A program made the position numbers and the translations under genes. Below the pieces are notes generated by a model. The model saw only the letters and a list, made by a program, of their open reading frames with translations. It had not been told where the DNA came from and made no database searches. Shown piece after piece: positions 46,921 to 56,539 of a stretch of DNA of 64,000 bases. The stretch is from the NCBI GenBank assembly GCA_963675785.1, contig OY776562.1:1312001-1376000 (forward strand), read 5' to 3'. This stretch comes from Anaerolineae bacterium (GTDB taxonomy: Bacteria > Chloroflexota > Anaerolineae > UBA1429). The first letter of the stretch is position 1; every line of letters begins with the position of its first letter.

Positions 46921-47496
46921 CTAGATGTCTCGGATCAAAATACGTCTTTGCCCTTCTAAATAGCGCAAATCCCTATGGAGACGGGCAACGCGCATGTCGA
47001 GTATTTTAACACGCTCTTGAATAGCTAGTTGCTCTTTGCACCTGCGTCGGCAGTATGTTTGTGCAAGCGCCAGGAGAACAGTTCCCCCACTTACAAGGCC
47101 GCAACCGATGCCTACCCACCCCCAACTTGATCTAGCAATGCCAACCAGTATGCTTCCAAGGCCGGCAAGGAGAGGGATAGCAGCATATAACAAAAAAGTT
47201 AACGATCGTCCCCCGTTAGTACTACTTTGAGCGCGGTTCGTTTCGAGTTCCTCTTGTATTTCGACAAGACTTTGAGACAGTAAGGTACACGCCTCGGTAA
47301 TGGCTATAAAATCCGTGCTGGCTTCAGCGGCAGCAGAGTGAGCAGTGGCATTTCCTTTATCATCCAATCCCAGACGCAAAGGGCTGCTACAAACGGGACA
47401 GTTGATCTGAAACGCCGTGCGATTTTCATCTGAGGGGGATGTATCAAGTAGTGGACTCTGACATTCCGGGCAGTATGTAAGCTCTGCAGTCGGCAC
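46921..47496 (-). CDS. Zinc-ribbon membrane protein, hypothetical
   Basis: CPEC...CPVC, two TM helices, coiled coil; GTG start with GGAGGT. Confidence 0.7.
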   Translation of the reverse strand: MPTAELTYCPECQSPLLDTSPSDENRTAFQINCPVCSSPLRLGLDDKGNATAHSAAAEASTDFIAITEACTLLSQSLVEIQEELETNRAQSSTNGGRSLTFLLYAAIPLLAGLGSILVGIARSSWGWVGIGCGLVSGGTVLLALAQTYCRRRCKEQLAIQERVKILDMRVARLHRDLRYLEGQRRILIRDI

Positions 47497-47732
47497 CGAT
47501 CCACCTCCTCTATTATCCAGGATAAGTATCTTGGGCAGGTACGAAAGCCACGCCGGACGTGTCTAACTTATTTCTCATTCTAATTTTGTAGGATACCCGA
47601 CAATAGATTGTTTTACCAGCAAGTTAACGTTAAAGAATCGTTCAAGTTTACATATATTTATGCTTCTCTAGGGCAGAAATTCGACAATATAAAAAAGGGC
47701 ACTGGCAATTGCCAGTGCCCAAGAAGACTATC

Positions 47733-48200
47733 TTACGATGCACATTCCGTGCAGTTGCCGCTATTCATACCACGGCCATTGGTGCCCTGAGTACCGATGC
47801 CGGTACCGTCACAAGTGGCGTCTCCTGCACCATTACTATTATTCGAAGCGTTTCCATTGAGCTGTTGCCCGTTGTTGTTGCGCAGACCTTGAGCTCCAGC
47901 ATATCCATAACCTTCGGCAGGGGCATTGTCGCAAATCCCATCGCCATCCTCGTCAACAAAGGCTTCGCCGGTTCCGTCGCAAATGCCATCATTGTCCGTA
48001 TCAGCCCAGGCCCCAAGCCCGGCCTGAACGCCGTTGTATTCGCAAACACAATCTTCATCCAAGAGCTGCTCACGAATTTGCTGACGATTCTGAGTTGTGG
48101 TGGTGTCTACTACTTCGTCCGCAGATACGGCGAATACGCCCAAGCTAGCAACGGCCAACAGTGATAGCGCAAGTGCAACGATTCTCGGTGTACGAGACAT
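47733..48200 (-). CDS. Small secreted Asp/Cys/Gly-rich protein
   Basis: Signal peptide from ATG 48200 (RBS AAGGAG); DTDNDGICD and DEDGDGICD repeats, CDGTG. Confidence 0.75.
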   Translation of the reverse strand: MSRTPRIVALALSLLAVASLGVFAVSADEVVDTTTTQNRQQIREQLLDEDCVCEYNGVQAGLGAWADTDNDGICDGTGEAFVDEDGDGICDNAPAEGYGYAGAQGLRNNNGQQLNGNASNNSNGAGDATCDGTGIGTQGTNGRGMNSGNCTECAS

Positions 48201-48596
48201 GTGTGTTTCTCCTTGTTTTGTTCGCGTCCCGATCGCACGGGAGATTCGGTAAGAGTGTATTGGCCTATGCCATTTTGCGATCTGTCCGCGAGCGTTTTTG
48301 CTGTCCGAATCTGTCTTCAATATACCCCCTGGGGGTTTAGTAAATGTTAAGACTTGTTTGGGAACCCAAGTAGACAAGTACGTAGCATTTCAAGATGGGT
48401 GATGGGTGGGCTGGCCATGAATCCATTCCTCCACAAAAAATCATGTTTCTTTTTTAGTATCGTATCATGCTTTCTGTTATATTTGTAGAAATGACAGTCT
48501 TTACTGTTTCAGAATTACATCTATACGAGAATAGGCTTCAGCATATTCATTGTTTTTCATCCCTTTAGATAACCTTGTTTTGATAGGAGCAACCCC

Positions 48597-49022
48597 ATGG
48601 AAAAAGAAACACCCGACCTCTATCGTTTTCCAGCCATTGTCCTTTTCGCCCTTGGTCTACTCGATCTAATACGCGGATTCATGCACACCTTTTTGCTCAC
48701 CTGGTCGGCAGAGCATTTTGCCGGATTCGATCTCGCCACCGTCCCCACCGATCAGCTCTTTTTACTGGGTGTGTTTGGCATCTCGAATCTGTTGACCGGC
48801 CTCATCTACCTGCTCATCTACGCCAAAGCGCGACAACTTGCCCCCTGGATTCTGGCCATCATTCCAATAGCTTATGTCGTCGGTCTGGTGGGCATACGCA
48901 TCTCCGGCGTCGCCGCTCAGGCCACTTTCTCTGGGCGCTACATGATGATGGTTTACCTGGCGGTCAGTGCCATCACCGCCATCATCTTTTTTGTGCGCAG
49001 GAGGCGCACGACGGCAGCATAG
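48597..49022 (+). CDS. Hypothetical membrane protein
   Basis: Four TM helices, RBS AGGAG. Confidence 0.75.
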   Translation: MEKETPDLYRFPAIVLFALGLLDLIRGFMHTFLLTWSAEHFAGFDLATVPTDQLFLLGVFGISNLLTGLIYLLIYAKARQLAPWILAIIPIAYVVGLVGIRISGVAAQATFSGRYMMMVYLAVSAITAIIFFVRRRRTTAA

Positions 49023-49119
49023 CCTACTCATAGTGCGAACAGCCACGTCTATGCCACTTTTGTTTTGGTCAGTTAGCTGAAATCAATGTCTGTTTCTTTA
49101 GCAAGCTCGGCCATCTCGA

Positions 49120-49908
49120 TTGGCTCTAGAATGTGAGCATCTAGACTCACTAGAAAGGCAAACCGTGGACAGACGTATCCCCCATAACACAGATCTGCCA
49201 CATGTTATCCTTGTCGTCGCTGCCAGCATATTTCTGATTCTGTCTATGGCTTCGTGCAATTCCAGTAATTCCGACGATACCATGATGGATGATGTAGAAA
49301 TAGCAACTGCTACAAAGGAGCCCTCCCCTACCAAAGCAGTGACGACAACGCACACACCTCAACCTATACCCTCTGCAATGGCTACAACCAAGCCGACCGA
49401 CACAGCATTGCCTTCGGCGACCCCTACTGTGGCGTCTACACTTACATCCACATCTCTGCCAACTGATACATCTACGCCTGTGCCAGCCACAGCCACAGCT
49501 ACACTTGCCCCTACCAGAGAACCAACCAAAGTCCCTACCGAGACATCGACTGAATCTCCTACTGAGCAACCAGTAGCTGCCGTCTCAGAGGTGCAGATCA
49601 TCAGCATCTTTTACGACGGCGTTGTCAGTCGTAGCGAACCGGATGAATACTGCGAAATCGCCAACCTGGGCGGAACAGACCAATCGCTGAACGGTTGGCA
49701 TCTCAACGCTGGAAATCCCGGCCAAGATTACTGGTTTGGCGATTATGCTCTGGAAGCCGGGCAGCATTGCCGAGTCTATACCAACGAGAACCATGCAGAA
49801 TGGGGCACCTTGTCATTTGGCTGCGGCACTGCCATCTGGAAAAACAGTGGCGATTGCGGCTACCTCTATGACGCCTCAGGACAGTTGGTCAGCAGTTGGT
49901 GTTACTAG
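49120..49908 (+). CDS. Lamin-tail-domain protein, probable lipoprotein
   Basis: SMASC lipobox-like, Pro/Thr linker, EYCEIAN.G...SL.GW.L, IWKNSGD..YLYD..G.LV; start uncertain. Confidence 0.8.
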   Translation: MALECEHLDSLERQTVDRRIPHNTDLPHVILVVAASIFLILSMASCNSSNSDDTMMDDVEIATATKEPSPTKAVTTTHTPQPIPSAMATTKPTDTALPSATPTVASTLTSTSLPTDTSTPVPATATATLAPTREPTKVPTETSTESPTEQPVAAVSEVQIISIFYDGVVSRSEPDEYCEIANLGGTDQSLNGWHLNAGNPGQDYWFGDYALEAGQHCRVYTNENHAEWGTLSFGCGTAIWKNSGDCGYLYDASGQLVSSWCY

Positions 49909-49982
49909 TCGACAAACATAGAGATAAAAAACACGCGGAGAGATTACGCTCTCCGCGTGTTTGCTTATAACTTGTTTGGTGT

Positions 49983-51857
49983 TTATTTCAATACCAAAGG
50001 CAGCATCACATGTGTCATGGAGGGATCGAGGGTGGGCAACGGCGTGTGCGTTGGTGTGCTTGTCGCCGTAGCCGTAGCCGTCGGAGTCGTTGAAGGTGTG
50101 GCGGTCACAGTCGGTGTAGATGTTGGCGTAGCAGTTCCCGCAGATGGCGTGCTATCTGGTACGAGCAGTCGTCCATAGCCAGTGAACCAGTCGTATCCAG
50201 CATCTTCCACATCCAGAGCAGTGCCCGTTAAATAGGCCTCGATCTCATCTGGCCCCCACGAGGGACAGGCTTGAGCCACCAACGCGACCAGTCCAGCCAC
50301 GTGCGGTGTCGCCGCAGATGTGCCGTTGAACAGATACCCCGCATAGGAAGCCGTCAAAACATTAGCATAGGCGGCAATTTCAGGCTTGTCGGCGCCGCCT
50401 GTGCCAATGCCCCCTGGCCCATTTGTAGGCCCTCCTGAGGAATAGTCTTCCAGTGCATAGGGATCAAAATAGGCATCGAGGGCGCCCACTGTCACTGCCG
50501 CTGGAGAATCGGCCAGGTCGCACAAAGCATGGTTGGGATCGGGATTGACGAAAACAGGATAGCCCGAAATCACCACATCAAAATGCACACTGCTGGTTAC
50601 GCTTTCATCCCCATAGACAGCGATCGCATAGGCAGAGTAGCCGATGGGCAACGTGAATGAAAGAAAATCCAGCGGCTGTTGACCGCCAAGGCCGTTCTGT
50701 GGATCGGAGCTCTCGCCTATAATCTTCCAACCACTGTCATAGCCCAGCAACACAACCGCCAGATCTTGGTCACAGTCTTCCCAATCGCTCCAGCGAATAG
50801 CGAAATAACCCGTATCGCCAGAGGCGGCATCATCAAGAAGAGTGGCCTCATTTCCATCCGGAAACTCGTGCCAGCCATCGCCATCGGCATCCGTATAGTC
50901 TCCCGACAAATGCTGATCGGCTTCGTTGCCCGCTGCCGTCGCCCAAAAGATGCCCGCATCCCGGGCCCGTTGTACCTGGTCGGCCAACGGGCCGTAACCA
51001 TCGCCAGCAGTGAGATAATCCCAACCAATCGAGGTAGAAATCACGTCCACGCCCAGCGAAAGAGCCCAGGTTACTGCCTCGGGCAAGTCGGCGTTGGTCT
51101 GTATCTTGGCCAGATAGAGTTGTACGCCAGGCGCCATGTCCGCCACAATCTCGGCACAGGCCGAACCATGCGCACTCGTCGAGCCGTTGATATCGCTATA
51201 GGTCTCGCCATCTACAAAGTTCTGTGCAATGGTAGAAGCAGGCAATTCGCCAGAAGAGACCAGCGATTCCCACCCTTGAAAGCCACCATCGATGACCATC
51301 ACCTTGACGCCAGAGCCGGTGAGCCCTGCGCTCTGCCAGGCATCGGCGTTGGATGCCGTAACACCCTGAGTGGTGTAGGAACCCAGATTGAGCGTCTCAT
51401 ACATCTGTATATAGGCCGGCGTGCGCACATAATTCACAAAAGTCGAATCTGCAGCAGTTTGCAGTGCACTGGGAGGCAGCCAGCACTGCAAAATCAGGCC
51501 ATCCACCCCATCAGACACCGCTGCTTGCTCGATCAGACCCCCTAGCCCAACCACAGTTTTGCGCGCCGAACGCTCATTATCTCCTGTTATGTAGAGTTGA
51601 ATCTGTACCCGCTCCTGGTCATCGAAAACCAGACGTGAGCTGGTATTCTGTAGATCCTGAAGCGAGGCCCCCTTACTGGCAGCCTGGCTGAGCGTATAGA
51701 GTTCCCCATCCATGTTATCGGCACCTGTTTGGGGAGTCACGGTGCCATCGATAGTCAGATTGCCTGACTCTAACGCCTCAGTCGAGTCGTCGGCATAAGC
51801 AGCCGCCGGATAGACAAACCCCACCACTATGAGGAGCAAAGTCAATAACCAACGCAT
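49983..51857 (-). CDS. S8 subtilisin-like serine peptidase
   Basis: VIDGG (Asp), HGSACA (His), AAGN, GTSAATPHVAG (Ser); C-terminal HVMLPLVLK motif. Confidence 0.92.
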   Translation of the reverse strand: MRWLLTLLLIVVGFVYPAAAYADDSTEALESGNLTIDGTVTPQTGADNMDGELYTLSQAASKGASLQDLQNTSSRLVFDDQERVQIQLYITGDNERSARKTVVGLGGLIEQAAVSDGVDGLILQCWLPPSALQTAADSTFVNYVRTPAYIQMYETLNLGSYTTQGVTASNADAWQSAGLTGSGVKVMVIDGGFQGWESLVSSGELPASTIAQNFVDGETYSDINGSTSAHGSACAEIVADMAPGVQLYLAKIQTNADLPEAVTWALSLGVDVISTSIGWDYLTAGDGYGPLADQVQRARDAGIFWATAAGNEADQHLSGDYTDADGDGWHEFPDGNEATLLDDAASGDTGYFAIRWSDWEDCDQDLAVVLLGYDSGWKIIGESSDPQNGLGGQQPLDFLSFTLPIGYSAYAIAVYGDESVTSSVHFDVVISGYPVFVNPDPNHALCDLADSPAAVTVGALDAYFDPYALEDYSSGGPTNGPGGIGTGGADKPEIAAYANVLTASYAGYLFNGTSAATPHVAGLVALVAQACPSWGPDEIEAYLTGTALDVEDAGYDWFTGYGRLLVPDSTPSAGTATPTSTPTVTATPSTTPTATATATSTPTHTPLPTLDPSMTHVMLPLVLK

Positions 51858-52343
51858 CGTGCGGCCTTTCGTCAACAACAGTTAGCACCTATATCATGAA
51901 AATTATATCATTTTTGTAACAACAATGCCATCAAAGCAGCTTGTTCTACTTGCCAAAACGTCTGGGGCGAACGACCCGTTCCACTGCCGCTTGCCACCCC
52001 ACATAATAGGTCTCGGCAGCACCGTATACAGCGCCTCGATAGAATACCCCTTACTTTGAATGTAATAGTCGCGGTCTGGATCATCCACTCGGTCGGGAGA
52101 GACATCTATCATCCGGTTCTAGGCACGTTGAGAACAGCAATGCACAAAAGGCATCCCCTGTATGGCCTGCTTGATCCTGATGACTAATCTCAGGATAGAC
52201 TTGCGATAAGCTACCGACTTGAATTGAATCATTCGTTCGCCCAGTATACATACCCCGGTGAGAGCGTGCATATCCACAGCTCGGATGCACAAAAACAGCC
52301 AGACAATACCCTTGCAGGCACGGTCTGGCTGGCTTAAAACCTA

Positions 52344-52865
52344 CTAGCACTGCTCGGCAAGCAGCTTGTCACGCATCGCCGAAACTTGATCCCCTATATG
52401 CCTATAGGCTCGCGCACGGCAGGCATATAGCAAAGCAAAATTATCACCCGGCTCGGCTCGATCGATGGCGTGGGTCAAGTCTTCCACAGCCCCTACATAG
52501 TCCTCCAACTCTATACGAGCCAGGGCACTCATGTGCAGCGTCTCAATATCCGCAGGGTCGGCCGCAAGCACGGTACAAAAGTCGACTACCGCACCAGCAT
52601 AATCACCGGCCTCCATGCGTACGTACCCACGGCGTCGTATACAGGCCAGGTTGTCGCCGCAGCAAAGGGCTGTATCAAAATCTATCACGGCCTCATCCAG
52701 ACGATTCAGGCTGTGATGAGTCAAACCCAGAAAATACCAGGCTTCCATGAGCGTAGGATCCAGCTCTACCGCCCGACTGAGGTTATCCGTTGCATCGGGC
52801 CAGTTACGCCGTCCGTAAGCATAGATACCCCACTGCTGGTGCAAAACAGCCGGATTCGCCGCCAT
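52344..52865 (-). CDS. Tetratricopeptide repeat protein
   Basis: Repeated A..D...A..L.P TPR pattern. Confidence 0.85.
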   Translation of the reverse strand: MAANPAVLHQQWGIYAYGRRNWPDATDNLSRAVELDPTLMEAWYFLGLTHHSLNRLDEAVIDFDTALCCGDNLACIRRRGYVRMEAGDYAGAVVDFCTVLAADPADIETLHMSALARIELEDYVGAVEDLTHAIDRAEPGDNFALLYACRARAYRHIGDQVSAMRDKLLAEQC

Positions 52866-52965
52866 CTCCCCACCCTCCAATTTGCCAACGCAGGGGAATT
52901 ATGCGTAGACAAGAAGGCAGAAGCAAGAGAGTCCGACCATTCTATGCAAACTGTTAAGAATGCTC

Positions 52966-53325
52966 CTATTGGGCTACCACCATGGCGATAGCATGAGTAC
53001 GCTCGTGGGTCAGGCTGACGGCCCACTCGGTGAGGCCCAACGCAGCAGCACGATCCGCAGCACGACCATGCAGCCGCACAAAGGGTTTGCCGCGAGAATC
53101 CGCCAGGATTTCCATCTCCACCCAGCGAATGCCCACAATCCCGGTGCCTAGCGCCTTGCTGATGGCCTCTTTGGCGGCAAAACGCGCCGCATACTCGGGG
53201 ACATTATCGCCGCAATAGGCCTGTTCTGCCGGGGTATAAATGTGCTTGAGAAAGCGGGGGCCAAAACGCGTCAACGCCCCTTTGATGCGCTCGACCTCGG
53301 TGATATCCACCCCGCAAGTCAGCAT
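52966..53325 (-). CDS. acpS: Holo-ACP synthase
   Basis: GVDI.EV.RI, ARFAAKEA.SKALGTG, GKP, VSLTH. Confidence 0.95.
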   Translation of the reverse strand: MLTCGVDITEVERIKGALTRFGPRFLKHIYTPAEQAYCGDNVPEYAARFAAKEAISKALGTGIVGIRWVEMEILADSRGKPFVRLHGRAADRAAALGLTEWAVSLTHERTHAIAMVVAQ

Positions 53326-54660
53326 CTACCAGCGCTCCGAAACCGCGGCAGGCCGCCCTTGAACCGTCTCGCTGATAGCCTCGCCCAGACGCACGGCATA
53401 GTTCATGCCGCGATCCTCGGGGTAAATCTGCGAGGTGTTGGCCAAATAGAGCTTTTTGATGGGCGTGCGCAAACCAGGAATCCGCCCAGAATAGTCCAGC
53501 CCAATGACCGGCTGAGCATACTGGTCAGAAAACAGCCAGCGCTGCTTGATCCAGTCCGGCGAAAAGCGCGGGTTGATCTTTTGCAGGCTGGGCGTGTACA
53601 GGCGGATGAGTGAATCGGCGTCCATCAAGAACTGCATGTCGTCCACCGACAAATAGTTGGATAGATAGAGCAGATGCGTGCCGCCATAATGGGCCCGCGG
53701 TACATAGTTGGTGTGCTCGATAGCCGCCACCAGGGGGATCGAGGGATCAGCCAGGTTCAGCCAATAATAGGGGCTAAGCGACTCGCTGAGCTCTAGCACC
53801 AACACCTGCGCCGCCATGTATTTGAGCTCGCGCAGCCGCAGGGCATAGGGATCGGGAATCTCAGGCGCCAGGTGCATCGCCACCGGAGAAGGCACCGTCA
53901 TGATGATAGCGTCATGCTCGGCCACCTGCGAGAGCTTTTCATAGGTGTAGGTAAGGCCGCGCGCCTCGCCCCGCTCAATGCGCACCCGCTCAACCTGAGC
54001 GCCGGTAAGCACCCTTCCGCCAGCTTCAGTGATGCCCGCAATCAACGCATCTGTGAGCAACTGGAAGGAGCCCAGCATATAGCCCAGCGTCTCTTGCTTG
54101 AGGCCGCCCCCGGCCAGTTTGCGCCGTAGAGCGATCTTGCCCCACAACCAGGCCATGTTCACCCGTTCGGCGTCAGGACCAAACTTGCTGCGCAGCAGCG
54201 CCCCCCACATCACATCATAAATACGCTGACCGCCCCACTGCAGCACCCACTCTTTGGCGGTGATGCGCTCCAAATGGCGCCAATTGCCAAAACGCTGCAG
54301 GTACAGCGTCTGCATACCCAGCTTGAGCCGCTGCATGAGAGTCAAGGGTGTGAAATTGAGCAAATCCTTCGGCGTAACGAAATCGTAGGCTGTGCCGTCG
54401 TAAAAATAACCCATACGGCTGGAAAGCCAAACGAGCTTTTCTCGCAAGCCCATCTCTTCGATGAGTCGGACGACGTCGGTATCTGAGGGGTAGATGTGGT
54501 GATAGAAATGCTCCAGGCGGGTGCCGGCTACCTCAAAAGTGCCGGCCTGCCCGCCTGCTTGCTTGTTCTTTTCATAGATGGTTACAGTGTTCCCGGCTTG
54601 GCTCAACCGATATCCGGCTACCAAACCCGTCACGCCGCCGCCGACAATCCCAATGCGCAT
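53326..54660 (-). CDS. FAD-dependent oxidoreductase (amine oxidase/protoporphyrinogen oxidase-like)
   Basis: IVGGGVTGL.A..., E.FYHH, IYPEDRG.N. Confidence 0.88.
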   Translation of the reverse strand: MRIGIVGGGVTGLVAGYRLSQAGNTVTIYEKNKQAGGQAGTFEVAGTRLEHFYHHIYPSDTDVVRLIEEMGLREKLVWLSSRMGYFYDGTAYDFVTPKDLLNFTPLTLMQRLKLGMQTLYLQRFGNWRHLERITAKEWVLQWGGQRIYDVMWGALLRSKFGPDAERVNMAWLWGKIALRRKLAGGGLKQETLGYMLGSFQLLTDALIAGITEAGGRVLTGAQVERVRIERGEARGLTYTYEKLSQVAEHDAIIMTVPSPVAMHLAPEIPDPYALRLRELKYMAAQVLVLELSESLSPYYWLNLADPSIPLVAAIEHTNYVPRAHYGGTHLLYLSNYLSVDDMQFLMDADSLIRLYTPSLQKINPRFSPDWIKQRWLFSDQYAQPVIGLDYSGRIPGLRTPIKKLYLANTSQIYPEDRGMNYAVRLGEAISETVQGRPAAVSERW

Positions 54661-54731
54661 AACTGTGAATTAACCTCAAAACGTGTGTGTGATAAGCGCG
54701 GCGTTCGCCCCCATGGCGAACGCATTTCGAA

Positions 54732-54980
54732 TTATACCTCGACTGGCTCGTCCAGGGTAACCATGGCTCCAAGAATCCGCTCCATGGCCATGACATGGCT
54801 GCATACACCGCGTTGCTCAAAGAACCCGCAGCTGCAATGCCACTTGCCGCCCTCATAGGTCACCTGATGGGTCGAGTTATCGCCCTCAAACTGCACCGAA
54901 AAGGTCTCAAAAGAGACTCGACCCGGTTCCTGGGCGTAACGCCGCGCCTTTTGGATCTTGCTAATCATCCCTGAATCCAT
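54732..54980 (-). CDS. Small SWIM zinc-finger protein
   Basis: WHCSC.FF...GVCSH; RBS AAGGAGG. Confidence 0.82.
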   Translation of the reverse strand: MDSGMISKIQKARRYAQEPGRVSFETFSVQFEGDNSTHQVTYEGGKWHCSCGFFEQRGVCSHVMAMERILGAMVTLDEPVEV

Positions 54981-55000
54981 CACAGCACCCTCCTTAATAG

Positions 55001-55121
55001 CAAAAAGGCACCAGGGCTCGTGTCCCTGGTGCCTTACAATGCCGTATCCTGTTTGAGAAGAATCATATCGTGTGCCCCCCTTCACTATCCTGATTATAAA
55101 TAGGCAAAGTGGGCCTGTCAA
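55001..55121 (-). promoter_or_regulatory. Consensus promoter, 10-codon leader ORF and terminator upstream of the SWIM gene
   Basis: TTGACA-17 nt-TATAAT (55121-55093); ORF MILLKQDTAL* 55066-55034; hairpin AAGGCACCAGGG..CCCTGGTGCCTT-TTT. Confidence 0.65.
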
Positions 55122-55143
55122 CAAGCGCTGCGTGTAATTCTCG

Positions 55144-55239
55144 TTAAGCCGCGAATTGCAGCAAACCCACCCCCAACAGGGCAACGGCAGCTAGTAATAC
55201 GGCGGCTACAGGCAGGCTGATCATACGGATGTGGTTCAT
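55144..55239 (-). CDS. 31-aa hydrophobic small peptide
   Basis: RBS GGAGAG; MNHIRMISLPVAAVLLAAVALLGVGLLQFAA*. Confidence 0.5.
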   Translation of the reverse strand: MNHIRMISLPVAAVLLAAVALLGVGLLQFAA

Positions 55240-55352
55240 GGTGTTGCTCTCCAGTTTGTGCGCGTTTCATACATATATATACGCACAAACTGGCAATTAG
55301 TTCCGTAAAGAAAGCGTTAATTTGCGAGAGAATTGCAGGTTGCTCGGGGTAG

Positions 55353-55380
55353 TTGACGAAGGACAGAGCGGCAGTATAAT
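55353..55380 (+). promoter_or_regulatory. Sigma70 promoter of the four-gene NurA-HerA operon
   Basis: TTGACG-16 nt-TATAAT. Confidence 0.65.
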
Positions 55381-55442
55381 GGGTTTGTCTCACGTTTGTC
55401 ATCATCAACCTTTTCCCTCGAATCTATACTGTGGAGGTCTCG

Positions 55443-56531
55443 GTGCCGCCAAGGATTCTCGAGATACTTGGTTCCATATCTTCAGACACGATTCGTGTAC
55501 TTCCTTGTGAACGCCTGAATCTGGACCGAATCGAAGGACTTGTCGACTACTCCGAGCTCGAGTCCATCAACAAGCCGAATCAGCCTTTCGAAGTTGATGT
55601 CCGCACTGACTGGACGGGCGACCTCCATAGCGTTCCCATTCCTTCGCCCTCTCTGCTGCGCTACTTCATGGACGGTTCGAGGCGTACGTACCGGATCGCC
55701 GACATCATTGTGAAGGATCATTACTACCCACTGATCGCCGGCCAGGTGGGAGTGGCTGTCGTCGAGCGAGAGCCAATGAGCGGGAGGCTGCATCCCCTGC
55801 GCCAGTACTGCTCATCCCAGACCGTGCTAGCCATACCGCCATGCTTCACCGAGAGTGACTCCAAGCAGCTTCAGGCGGAAATCGAGCGAAAATCGCCGTA
55901 TCCTGTCGAAGTGCTCCGATATAAAGCCGAAACAGACAAGGACCCCGTCGACTTGGGAGTTGCCCGCATCATGCGTGAGATGGCCGCCAATGAGGTTGAG
56001 ACAGTCATACGCATGTTTTCTGATCAAGCTCTGGGTAACGGCCGCATGCTCGTGGTTGACGGACCACTTCGCTTTGGTCAGTCGTTCGATGTGACTCAAT
56101 TTCGCAACGTCATTGGCGTTAGCAAGACCTTCTTGCCCAGTCTCAAACTCGGCAAAGGCAGGGGACGCCAAGATGTAGGAGCGGTCACGTCGCAACTCGG
56201 CCAAGCTCATAGGACTTGTGTTTACAAGTCGCCCCACGACGATCGGGTGATGGGTGTTTGGTACGTACGCCTCCGCAGCCCCAGCAACCTGACCGGCCCG
56301 CTGCAAGGCCTGATCAAGGTGGAGATATTCGCTTGCGACCAACAGGAACGTGAATATGGGTTCAGCCCTGCGCGCATCGATACGCTCTCTCGCTGTCTCT
56401 ACGAGCACAGAAACGTGACCCCTTTTGGCAGCGATTGGCGCTGGGCGAGCCACCTCTACCCTGTCTTTGCTGCAGAAAGCTATGTCAAGTCCAGGTTCGT
56501 CAGTGACGTCGTGTTCAAAGCCATGTTCTGA
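55443..56531 (+). CDS. NurA-like (RNase H fold) nuclease
   Basis: YFMDGSRR, E, LVVDGPL acidic motifs, IGVSK, HLYPV..AE; GTG start after GGAGGT. Confidence 0.78.
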   Translation: MPPRILEILGSISSDTIRVLPCERLNLDRIEGLVDYSELESINKPNQPFEVDVRTDWTGDLHSVPIPSPSLLRYFMDGSRRTYRIADIIVKDHYYPLIAGQVGVAVVEREPMSGRLHPLRQYCSSQTVLAIPPCFTESDSKQLQAEIERKSPYPVEVLRYKAETDKDPVDLGVARIMREMAANEVETVIRMFSDQALGNGRMLVVDGPLRFGQSFDVTQFRNVIGVSKTFLPSLKLGKGRGRQDVGAVTSQLGQAHRTCVYKSPHDDRVMGVWYVRLRSPSNLTGPLQGLIKVEIFACDQQEREYGFSPARIDTLSRCLYEHRNVTPFGSDWRWASHLYPVFAAESYVKSRFVSDVVFKAMF

Positions 56532-56539
56532 GGTGAAAG

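Noticed and set aside
49310-50150. Repetitive low-complexity DNA in two genes
   Set aside because: It encodes Pro/Thr-rich linkers of the lamin-tail protein and the S8 peptidase.
51903-52350. Short minus-strand ORFs between the TPR and S8 genes
   Set aside because: No motifs or clear RBS; the longer one overlaps the TPR terminator hairpin (about 52296-52331).
55105-55255. Possible 6S RNA or riboswitch
   Set aside because: Pairing is weak; the region is better explained by a minus-strand consensus promoter and a 31-aa ORF.
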